DNA from: Campylobacterota bacterium
Lineage (GTDB): Bacteria; Campylobacterota; Campylobacteria; Campylobacterales; Sulfurovaceae
Assembly (NCBI GenBank): GCA_034722955.1
Contig: JAYEOM010000063.1
Coordinates: forward strand, 1-42,512
Length of the DNA: 42,512 nt
Direction of reading: 5' to 3'
This document shows, one piece after another, positions 10,046 through 18,051 of this stretch. The notes below the pieces were generated by a model. It saw only the letters and a program-made list of their open reading frames with translations, made no database searches and had not been told where the DNA came from. How positions within the stretch are numbered: position 1 is the stretch's first letter; every line of letters starts with the position of its first letter. The translations under genes and the position numbers were made by a program.

Positions 10046-11103
10046 CTACTCTCCTTTGCAAACTTCTCTACCTCTTTGACAAAACAATCTACCAACTCTT
10101 TCTCAGGCAGCCTTGTCAACACTTCACCTCTGACCATCACAAGTCCGCTACCCTTGCCAAAGGCTATAGCAACATCCGCATGTTTGGCTTCTCCTATAGC
10201 GTTGACTACACATCCCATCACAGATACATTCATCGGTACCTTGACATGTGCAGTTCGCCGCTCTACCTCTTCGACAGCAGAGACAAGATCTGCTTCTATA
10301 CGACCACAGGTAGGGCAAGATATGATATTGATCCCATCTGTTGCTCTACCGCTATCTTTGAGTATGGCACGGGCTACTTTGATCTCCTCTTCAAGCTCAC
10401 CGGTGATAGAGACACGCATAGTATCTCCGATACCATCTAACAGAAGAGTACCCAAACCGATGGAGGATTTGACAGTAGCATGAAAGAGTGTACCAGCTTC
10501 CGTGACACCTAGATGGAAAGGGTAGCTGTTTTTGGGTCTAAGCATACGATATGCATCTACCGTCCTATCTACATCACTAGCTTTGAGGGAGACTTTGATA
10601 TCGGTAAACCCAAGATCTTCGAGATATTTGATATTATACTCAGCCGATGCTACCATCCCCTCTGCTGTCGGACCATACTTGTGATCAAACTCCTTCTCTA
10701 GTGAACCGGAATTGACACCGATACGAATAGGAATAGAGCGATCCTGACACGCCTTGACGATCTCTTTGATACGAGATTTTTCACCTATATTTCCAGGATT
10801 GAAACGGATACAATCTACCCATTTAGCTGCTTCTAGTGCTAGCTTATAGTGGAAGTGTATATCTGCTATGAGAGGAATAGATATCCTCTCCTTTATCTCT
10901 TTGAGTGCCAAGGCATCCTGCATCTGAGGCACAGCTACACGAACTATATCACACCCGGCAAAATGCAGTCTATTGATCTGCTCTACTGTGGCATCTACAT
11001 CATGTGTACTGCTATATGTCATAGACTGCACCGATATAGGTGCATCACCACCCACAGCGATATCACCTACATATATTTTTTTGGTTGGATAACGCTCTTT
11101 CAA
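10042..11103 (-). CDS. ispG: HMBPP synthase IspG
   Basis: [42 protein letters not shown] start with GAGGA SD. Confidence 0.97.
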   Translation of the reverse strand: MKERYPTKKIYVGDIAVGGDAPISVQSMTYSSTHDVDATVEQINRLHFAGCDIVRVAVPQMQDALALKEIKERISIPLIADIHFHYKLALEAAKWVDCIRFNPGNIGEKSRIKEIVKACQDRSIPIRIGVNSGSLEKEFDHKYGPTAEGMVASAEYNIKYLEDLGFTDIKVSLKASDVDRTVDAYRMLRPKNSYPFHLGVTEAGTLFHATVKSSIGLGTLLLDGIGDTMRVSITGELEEEIKVARAILKDSGRATDGINIISCPTCGRIEADLVSAVEEVERRTAHVKVPMNVSVMGCVVNAIGEAKHADVAIAFGKGSGLVMVRGEVLTRLPEKELVDCFVKEVEKFAKESS

Positions 11104-11155
11104 AATTTCCTCTTTTAGTTTTATTTGGGAATACTATCTATCTGCAAGTAGTTGC

Positions 11156-11184
11156 ATTTTAACTAAATGTTCACACAATGTCAA
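11156..11184 (-). promoter_or_regulatory. Sigma70 promoter for ispG-dnaB-comEC
   Basis: TTGACA-17 bp-TAAAAT on the minus strand. Confidence 0.6.
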
Positions 11185-11192
11185 CACGAGTT

Positions 11193-13025
11193 TTATGAAA
11201 ACTCTACGGGATCCATATCTATCTCAATACCTCTCTGATTGATAAAATGGAGTGCTTCCAGAAGAGGTGTGCGTTTTTTTGAACGCAGCAGTATATGGTA
11301 TCGGTATCTGTTTGCGATTCGCTCTATAGGAGCCTTTCCATCTCCTACTATCTCTATTTGGGGCATAAGCTGTAGTCTCTTAACTATATCTGCTGTCAAA
11401 TCCATAGCTTTGGTTTGATCTTTATGTGCAATAAGGATGCGTGCTAGAGAGACAAATGGCGGATAGAGATCTTTCAAAAATGCCAACTCATCCAAAATAA
11501 ACTTCTCATAACTCTCCAGATATGGCATAAACATCTCTTTATGATTGCTCTGAATAATCACTGTAGCCTCTTTGACTCTGCCTGAACGACCTGCTATTTG
11601 GATCAGAAGACTCACTGCTCTCTCCCTAGCACGATAATCTGCCAAACCCAAGATATAGTCTAGCCCCATGATGACAGAGAGGGTGATATTTGCATAGTCA
11701 TGCCCTTTGCTGAGCATCTGTGTCCCTAACAGCAGTCTACTCTCTCCACTCTCAAATCTATTGAGAGCATCTTTAAGCTTCTTTGCGGAGGTTATACTAT
11801 CTCTATCAAACTGCTCTATCTCTATATCGGGGATCTGCTCTTTGATCATCTCTATCGCCTCTACGGTACCCATCCTCTCACTCTTGAGAGGGTGATATCC
11901 ACAATAGGTGCAGGTATCGACTATAGCTTCTGTATAGCCGCAATAGTGGCATTTGAGACTGCGATGATAACGATGCAGTGCCATACCTACCGAGCAGTAG
12001 GGGCAGAGATGTGTCTTGCCACAGCTTTCGCAATATAGATATTTGAAATTTCCTCTTGTAGGGAGAAAAACCAGCCCTTGATCTCCTCTGATAAAGTTTT
12101 TGCGGATCACGCTGATCATACTGCTGCTAAGCAGTGATCCCCCTACAAAATGATACGATTTCTTCGTCTCTATAAATGGTTTATCCAATCTGACTACATC
12201 ATATTTATGGTAAGAGCTAACACTAGGTGTTGCACTTGCCAACAGAACTTTGGCTCCCATCTTTTGACCCATCAGCAGTGCGACATCTCGTGCATGGTAT
12301 CTCGGTCTTGTCATCGCCTTGTAGCTATCATCATGCTCCTCATCTACAACGATCAAACCCAAATCTCTCAATGGAGTAAAGAGTGCCGACCTTGCACCGG
12401 CTATGATGCGAATCTCTCCACTGTCTATCCCCTCTAGTATCTGCTCCTTCTTTCTCTTGGTCAACTTGGAGTGCCACATAGCAACATGATCACCAAAGTA
12501 GACCTTGAGCCTCTTCTCCATCTGTGGCGTGAGTGATATCTCCGGCATCAAAAAGATCGAACTTCTACCCTCTCTGAGCATTTGAGTCATAAGAGAGATA
12601 AATATCTCTGTCTTCCCTGAACCTGTAACACCAAAGAGCAGAACTCTCTCTTTTTGGAGGATTGCATCATAGACTCTCTGTTGCTGCTGGGTCAATTGTG
12701 GTGATTTTTTATCTATTGCATATTTGGAGGGGAGAGCAGCAACATATGAACCAAATAGAGATAGTGCTTCAGATAGAGAGGAGAAGTAGTACTCTGAGAT
12801 AAACCTAGCTATATCTATCTGCTTCTCACTATAGATTCTATCCGATATGGAGTCAATCTCCACTGTCTCAAATGTTGGTTTATCTACCTCTTCTATGACG
12901 ATAGCATCTTTAGTCGTACTCTTCAGAGGAACAGAAACAACACTCCCTGAAACCAATTGATCACAAGAGCGATAGGTCAGAGCAGGAGCACTCGACTTGA
13001 GCAAGACAACTTTGTAATAGTACAC
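11193..13025 (-). CDS. priA: Primosomal protein N' (PriA)
   Basis: GVTGSGKTE, PEISLTPQ, DEEHD, four CxxC, QIAGRSGR; GTG start. Confidence 0.95.
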   Translation of the reverse strand: MYYYKVVLLKSSAPALTYRSCDQLVSGSVVSVPLKSTTKDAIVIEEVDKPTFETVEIDSISDRIYSEKQIDIARFISEYYFSSLSEALSLFGSYVAALPSKYAIDKKSPQLTQQQQRVYDAILQKERVLLFGVTGSGKTEIFISLMTQMLREGRSSIFLMPEISLTPQMEKRLKVYFGDHVAMWHSKLTKRKKEQILEGIDSGEIRIIAGARSALFTPLRDLGLIVVDEEHDDSYKAMTRPRYHARDVALLMGQKMGAKVLLASATPSVSSYHKYDVVRLDKPFIETKKSYHFVGGSLLSSSMISVIRKNFIRGDQGLVFLPTRGNFKYLYCESCGKTHLCPYCSVGMALHRYHRSLKCHYCGYTEAIVDTCTYCGYHPLKSERMGTVEAIEMIKEQIPDIEIEQFDRDSITSAKKLKDALNRFESGESRLLLGTQMLSKGHDYANITLSVIMGLDYILGLADYRARERAVSLLIQIAGRSGRVKEATVIIQSNHKEMFMPYLESYEKFILDELAFLKDLYPPFVSLARILIAHKDQTKAMDLTADIVKRLQLMPQIEIVGDGKAPIERIANRYRYHILLRSKKRTPLLEALHFINQRGIEIDMDPVEFS

Positions 13026-13028
13026 TTA

Positions 13029-13078
13029 GGAACCTCCCAAAAACAAATATACCAATCTCGCTTGTCCTTGTGCAGTCC
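13029..13078. mobile_element. 50-bp internally deleted MITE (family A)
   Basis: ggaacctcccaaaaacaaatatacc...ttgtccttgtgcagtcc flanked by TTA (13026-13028, 13079-13081). Confidence 0.8.
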
Positions 13079-13091
13079 TTATCGCTTAATA

Positions 13092-13514
13092 CTAAAAATC
13101 ACCAGTCAATCGGTTACCGGTAAGAGTAAAGACCGCACTCCCGCCACTGGGTTTTCTAAAAGTATAGACAGGTGCAGCATCCGAGCCAGTTACTGCCCAA
13201 CAACTTGTTGCACCACTACCACTGCATATTTTTACCGGATACTCAAGCAACTCACCAAAAACTTGACTATTGGTGGTATCGTAACCTATATCTGTTCTCG
13301 TTATATTGTCAAAATTACCACGCAATATCCGCTTCTGCCGCTCTGTAGCAAGTGAACTACGCACAGATGCCAAGGTAGTCCTAGCTTTTGTCATAATAGC
13401 ATCATCTCGTGTCACGGCAAACTTTGGTATAGCGATAGCAGAGAGTATCCCGATCACTACTATCACAAAAACTAACTCTAGCATGGTAAATGCACTTCTT
13501 CTATTTTTATCCAT
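13092..13514 (-). CDS. Prepilin-type N-terminal cleavage/methylation protein (pseudopilin)
   Basis: RRSAFTMLELVFVIVVIGILSAIAIPK; ATG 13514 with AAGGA SD; own TGATATAAT at 13541-13549. Confidence 0.85.
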   Translation of the reverse strand: MDKNRRSAFTMLELVFVIVVIGILSAIAIPKFAVTRDDAIMTKARTTLASVRSSLATERQKRILRGNFDNITRTDIGYDTTNSQVFGELLEYPVKICSGSGATSCWAVTGSDAAPVYTFRKPSGGSAVFTLTGNRLTGDF

Positions 13515-13577
13515 CACTAATCCTTTTCTCAAACTACTTAATTATATCAAAAAACAGACCCAAAAGATACTCCTGGA

Positions 13578-13961
13578 TCAATACTCTACCAAATTGCCGC
13601 CAATAGTTACAAAGTTATCACCGGTCAAACCCTTTTTTTCCGCTTCTCTCTGTGCATTTTCACAATATTCTCTACCATCATGATCTCCTCCGTTAAGGAT
13701 AGAGATAGTAATCGTATCGTTTTCATTTGAAACACTAGAGACAAAACAGTTAAGTTTGGTACCGCTGTGATTTTCATCTGCCACACCTGTAGCAGTATAA
13801 TAGGTCGTTATGTCACCTATATAGATAGCTAAATTAGATAACTCCAAACTAGTTTTAGCATCATCTCTAGTGGATGCCAATTTGGGGATAGCCACTGAAG
13901 CCAATATACCTATAATCACTATCACAAAAATTAACTCTATCATTGTAAAAGCACTTTTCAT
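13578..13961 (-). CDS. Prepilin-type N-terminal cleavage/methylation protein (pseudopilin)
   Basis: MKSAFTMIELIFVIVIIGILASVAIPKL..TRDDA; AAGGAG SD. Confidence 0.9.
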   Translation of the reverse strand: MKSAFTMIELIFVIVIIGILASVAIPKLASTRDDAKTSLELSNLAIYIGDITTYYTATGVADENHSGTKLNCFVSSVSNENDTITISILNGGDHDGREYCENAQREAEKKGLTGDNFVTIGGNLVEY

Positions 13962-14048
13962 CTCTATCTCCTTTTGCGTCAGATAATAGATACTAGCTTA
14001 CATTTTAACATAATTTTTATAGATAAAAGATAAATAGTGTTTCTTTTA

Positions 14049-14117
14049 GGAACTTCACAAGAACAACTAGGAGCAAAAGGGCGAGTCAGGTGGGTAGAAT
14101 TGTTTTTGGGAGGTTCC
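14049..14117. mobile_element. 69-bp MITE (family A), inverted relative to the first two copies
   Basis: ggaacttcacaagaacaa...ttgtttttgggaggttcc flanked by TTA (14046-14048, 14118-14120). Confidence 0.85.
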
Positions 14118-14411
14118 TTAATGCCAATAGATATCACAAGTAGCATGCACAAAAACCAGTGGAGCAGCAGGACCAACTGATCCGGGTCTTATTCTTATTC
14201 TCTTTCTCTCAAAGATTGCTTGACAGCCATTACCAAAATGGACAACCTTTCTCCTCAAGTCAATAGATTTCAAACTTGATATAACCCTATCATGCTTTTT
14301 GACAAAACTGACCATCACATTTAAATCGTTCATATTTTGGTGTTTTGGAGAGAGTGCCGCAAAAGCGGTCTGCATACTCAATAGTAACATTATGCTTATA
14401 ATTTTCTTCAC
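14118..14411 (-). CDS. Small basic exported hypothetical protein
   Basis: 97 aa, clear signal peptide (MKKIISIMLLLSMQTAFA), two Cys, abuts the rhomboid stop. Confidence 0.7.
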   Translation of the reverse strand: MKKIISIMLLLSMQTAFAALSPKHQNMNDLNVMVSFVKKHDRVISSLKSIDLRRKVVHFGNGCQAIFERKRIRIRPGSVGPAAPLVFVHATCDIYWH

Positions 14412-14412
14412 T

Positions 14413-15102
14413 CTATATCCTTTCTAAGATTCCTTCTAAATATAGTGATGGCAAATATAGATAATAACCTATCATCACAATCAACATAATAACCACAAAT
14501 AGCCAGAGTCGCTGAGGGTATCTAGCGACTATAAATCCACCGACCAAACCAGATATAAGCCCTCCTGCGTGGGCACTGACATCTATATTTGGGATAGAAA
14601 AACCCAACAGAAGATTGATACCAATAATAATAGCAAAATCCTTCATAAATCGGTGGGCATTCTCTCCCAGCTCCTGACGAAACGCAAAGAAGTACCCCGA
14701 GAGTGCCCCAAAGATACCAAAGATCGCACCAGATGCACCTACACCTACTGATACAGGATGAAAAGAGATCGATACCAACCCACCCAATATACCAGTAAGA
14801 AAATAGATACTTAGATAACTTTTAGGGGAAAAATAGATCTCCATAGGACGACCGATAATGTATAGAGAGAACATATTCATCAACAGATGCGTCATACCGC
14901 CATGGAGAAACATAGCAGTTATCAGTCGCCACCACTCTGCGCCAAGCACAACTTTCGGACCAAAAATAGCACCTAAATCTACCAACTCCCTAGCAGGCAT
15001 ATCGACCACTTGACCTGTATATAAGATCGAGACTATATAGAGGAGTAAGTTGGCAAATATCAAGGTATAGGTGATCTTAAAATTAGATAGTTCGTTTGAC
15101 AT
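14413..15102 (-). CDS. Rhomboid family intramembrane serine protease
   Basis: EWWRLITAMFLH, HLLMNM, GASGAIFG, AHAGG. Confidence 0.93.
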   Translation of the reverse strand: MSNELSNFKITYTLIFANLLLYIVSILYTGQVVDMPARELVDLGAIFGPKVVLGAEWWRLITAMFLHGGMTHLLMNMFSLYIIGRPMEIYFSPKSYLSIYFLTGILGGLVSISFHPVSVGVGASGAIFGIFGALSGYFFAFRQELGENAHRFMKDFAIIIGINLLLGFSIPNIDVSAHAGGLISGLVGGFIVARYPQRLWLFVVIMLIVMIGYYLYLPSLYLEGILERI

Positions 15103-15117
15103 AGTGATATGGCTCCA

Positions 15118-15498
15118 TCATAAAATAGCAGATGAGAAGATAACCCCATCTATGCCTTGCTTGGCATATATTTCGATCTGGCTCTCATCAGCTATTTCAA
15201 CTACTATTTGAGTATCAAATAGATAGTTCTGGGCAAGTGCTTGAACCTCTACTGCTATAGAACTCATAGCGATAATATAGCGAGCATTTAGTGCATGTGC
15301 AAAGAGTGCCATCTTCAGATCTATCACTCTGACAGCAAAAGGCAGCCCCTCTCTCCGACAATAGTGCAGTAGCTCTATAGACTCTCTCATATCATCAAAG
15401 AGCAGTATAGAGCCTGCCGGACTCTCCCTGATCTTCTCTACAGAATCAACAACAACAAATAGTTCACTCTCTACCCAAGGATGACCTATGATCTTCAT
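15118..15498 (-). CDS. Conserved hypothetical protein
   Basis: 126 aa, GGAG SD, in operon; QNYLFD and GIDGVIF resemble a Campylobacterota family. Confidence 0.75.
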   Translation of the reverse strand: MKIIGHPWVESELFVVVDSVEKIRESPAGSILLFDDMRESIELLHYCRREGLPFAVRVIDLKMALFAHALNARYIIAMSSIAVEVQALAQNYLFDTQIVVEIADESQIEIYAKQGIDGVIFSSAIL

Positions 15499-15510
15499 CT
15501 CAATACTCCA

Positions 15511-15750
15511 CTAAAAACCTGCACACTCACTGGAGCAGTAGATTTTTCCTTTGACAATAATACTCTCTTTGAATGTAACATAAGTACCGCACTCTTGACA
15601 CTCGACTAGAGTATCCTCTTCGATCCTCTTCTGATCTTCATCTTTGGAGATTTTGCCCTTTTTTTTGCCACCTATTTGTGGGAGTTTCCCCCCAAGTACT
15701 TTGTAGATTGCAAATCCTAAAATAGCAAATAAAATTAACTTTAATATCAT
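15511..15750 (-). CDS. PP0621-like small membrane protein with Cys motif
   Basis: N-terminal TM, CQECGTYV....YCSSEC. Confidence 0.75.
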   Translation of the reverse strand: MILKLILFAILGFAIYKVLGGKLPQIGGKKKGKISKDEDQKRIEEDTLVECQECGTYVTFKESIIVKGKIYCSSECAGF

Positions 15751-15761
15751 CTTTGACTCTT

Positions 15762-16349
15762 TTATGGTTGGATGTAGAGGTAATTTCTACGATTTTTTTG
15801 TACTATATCATAACTAAGCTGATATTGCACATCTTCTATCTCATCAAAAACCCTCTCACCTTTGTAAAATAGATACGCTGTTTGATGATCACTCAGCTCC
15901 TCTGTCAACTCCAAAAGCAGACGAGTATTGGTCACCGCCCGTGAAGTGATCAGCTCAAAAGGATCATGATCTATCTGCTCAACGCGTCTGCCTTGGGCAT
16001 CTACATTTGTCAACTCCAGATCCATCACAGCATATCTCAAAAATGCTATACGCTTCTTGAGGGGTTCAGCAAGTACCACCTCTGTATCTGGGAGTGCGAT
16101 CGCCAAAACAAGCCCTGGAAAACCTGCACCTGTACCAACATCCAGAAGAGTTCTGGGATTTGCTATAAAAGAGAGTGGATAGAGCGAATCGATGATATTA
16201 TCATAAATCGCTGAAATAGATTTGGCTCCGGTGAGATTGTGAACACTATTCCACTCTTGCAGCAGTTTGCTAAACTGCTCTAGTTTTATGATCGTCTCCT
16301 CATCCAAAACGACTGACTCTTGCTCTAAAAGATCTTTTAGTCTCATCAT
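15762..16349 (-). CDS. rsmG: 16S rRNA m7G527 methyltransferase RsmG (GidB)
   Basis: [25 protein letters not shown]. Confidence 0.95.
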   Translation of the reverse strand: MMRLKDLLEQESVVLDEETIIKLEQFSKLLQEWNSVHNLTGAKSISAIYDNIIDSLYPLSFIANPRTLLDVGTGAGFPGLVLAIALPDTEVVLAEPLKKRIAFLRYAVMDLELTNVDAQGRRVEQIDHDPFELITSRAVTNTRLLLELTEELSDHQTAYLFYKGERVFDEIEDVQYQLSYDIVQKNRRNYLYIQP

Positions 16350-17140
16350 CTATACTCCTCAAGTACAAACATCTCATCTCTCATACTCTTGGCTTCGGGG
16401 TTACGGACTCTCTTCAGCTCCATATCGATAAACTTCAAACCAGATAGTCTATCATCTATCATGATGGGGGATGCGAGCATCCAGTCACGCACTCTCTCCC
16501 CTGATAGTATGAATAGTTTAAATCCATTTTCATCCAAACCCATCCTGACTGCGGCAGCTATAGAGTAGGTGGTCAAAACAGCATCTTCTCTCATCACAGC
16601 ACGAATCTGAGCAAAATACTCTCTCGTCCAGAGTAGAGGATTTTGTGCTGGGCTAAATGGATCTTGGTATACGATATCAAATCTCTGCTGCATCTTGGCA
16701 ATAGTTTTCCGTGCATCTCCCAGACAAATCTCGATCTTGAACTGTTCATCTTCATAGTAAAACTCTCTACTGAGTCTTTCGATAATGAGCCTCAGTGATT
16801 CAAACTCAGGAGGGTAAGAGAAGGTAGAGAGAGACTCTATCAGAGCTTGGTCAAACTCAGGAGAGATGATCTCTATCTTTGTGGAGAGACTCTCTCTCTT
16901 TACATAGTATATTGTTGCTAGAGTGTTGTACCCTAGCCCAAAACATATATCCAAGATAGTTACACTCTCTCTATCCCCCATCAGCATAAAAGCTGGTATG
17001 ACATGCTTCTGTAGAGACTCATACAGAGCTCCATCCCTATCGGAGTGATAAGTCTCGTCAAATTCGGCAGAGTATAGTGTCAAGGAGCCATCCCCTGTCA
17101 CAACCTGCTTTTTTTCATCTCGTAACGATCTGTTATACAT
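16346..17140 (-). CDS. Stand-alone MnmC methyltransferase domain (MnmD-like tRNA mnm5s2U methyltransferase)
   Basis: [45 protein letters not shown]; start taken at ATG 17140 (uncertain). Confidence 0.8.
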   Translation of the reverse strand: MYNRSLRDEKKQVVTGDGSLTLYSAEFDETYHSDRDGALYESLQKHVIPAFMLMGDRESVTILDICFGLGYNTLATIYYVKRESLSTKIEIISPEFDQALIESLSTFSYPPEFESLRLIIERLSREFYYEDEQFKIEICLGDARKTIAKMQQRFDIVYQDPFSPAQNPLLWTREYFAQIRAVMREDAVLTTYSIAAAVRMGLDENGFKLFILSGERVRDWMLASPIMIDDRLSGLKFIDMELKRVRNPEAKSMRDEMFVLEEYR

Positions 17141-17153
17141 AGGCGGAGGCTTG

Positions 17154-17459
17154 CTAAAGGCCCACTTCATCCAACTCTTTGAATTTGAAAGCCTCTATGA
17201 TCTCTTCGATCGTCTCTTCACTACGGCGGGAGAGTACCATCATACCCTCCTCCATAAACTCCATATAGTTTTCAAATTTATTCTCTAAAACTACAAAATC
17301 TATCCATTCGGCACCTGTCTGCATCCTATCTTCGAAGAATGATACTGACTTTGCCTCTCCCTCTTCGAAATGAACCAAAGCCCATCTCTCTACACTCATA
17401 ACGGTTGTGATTTTAGATTTTTTCTCATCTTTACCATCTACAGGGATCAAGATAAACAT
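17154..17459 (-). CDS. Conserved hypothetical acidic protein
   Basis: 101 aa, ATG directly follows the luxS stop (TAAATG). Confidence 0.7.
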   Translation of the reverse strand: MFILIPVDGKDEKKSKITTVMSVERWALVHFEEGEAKSVSFFEDRMQTGAEWIDFVVLENKFENYMEFMEEGMMVLSRRSEETIEEIIEAFKFKELDEVGL

Positions 17460-17969
17460 TTAGACTCCTTTTAATAACTTTTTTGACAATTTCAATCTCT
17501 TGTTACTCATAGTACCTATACCTCTCTCTAGTACGATCTTTGCGATCTCCTGTGCATCTTTGAGTGAGTGCATTTCACAAGTACCGCATTGGTAGATATT
17601 GAGTTCAGGGATATCTTTTTGATGCTCTACCTTCAACACATCCTTCATAGACTTTTTCCATGCTTTGGCAACCTTTTTTCTCTTCGGTTCTCCTAGTAGA
17701 GACATATAGAACCCAGTTCTGCACCCCATAGGAGAGAGATCTATGATCTCTACACTTTTGCTATTGAGATGATCTCTCATAAATCCTGCGAAGAGGTGTT
17801 CTAGAGTATGTATCGCTCTAGATGATATCTTCTCCTCATTTGGCATGCAAAAACGCAGATCAAAAACTGTGATCACATCTCCACTAGGCGACTTCATCTT
17901 CTTGGCAACACGGACTGCCGGTGCATTCATCCTCGTGTGATCTACGGTAAAACTATCTAATAGTGGCAT
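17460..17969 (-). CDS. luxS: S-ribosylhomocysteine lyase LuxS
   Basis: [32 protein letters not shown] 17969 with AAGGA SD. Confidence 0.97.
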   Translation of the reverse strand: MPLLDSFTVDHTRMNAPAVRVAKKMKSPSGDVITVFDLRFCMPNEEKISSRAIHTLEHLFAGFMRDHLNSKSVEIIDLSPMGCRTGFYMSLLGEPKRKKVAKAWKKSMKDVLKVEHQKDIPELNIYQCGTCEMHSLKDAQEIAKIVLERGIGTMSNKRLKLSKKLLKGV

Positions 17970-17988
17970 CTCTATATCCTTTTTATGC

Positions 17989-17997
17989 ATTATAGCA
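17989..17997 (-). promoter_or_regulatory. Extended -10 promoter (TGCTATAAT) for luxS operon
   Basis: Exact consensus 20 nt upstream of the luxS ATG. Confidence 0.65.
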
Positions 17998-18051
17998 AGT
18001 TTTGCAGATAAAAGTGGAGAGATTGATCCAAATTTTGCAAGAACCTGTATA

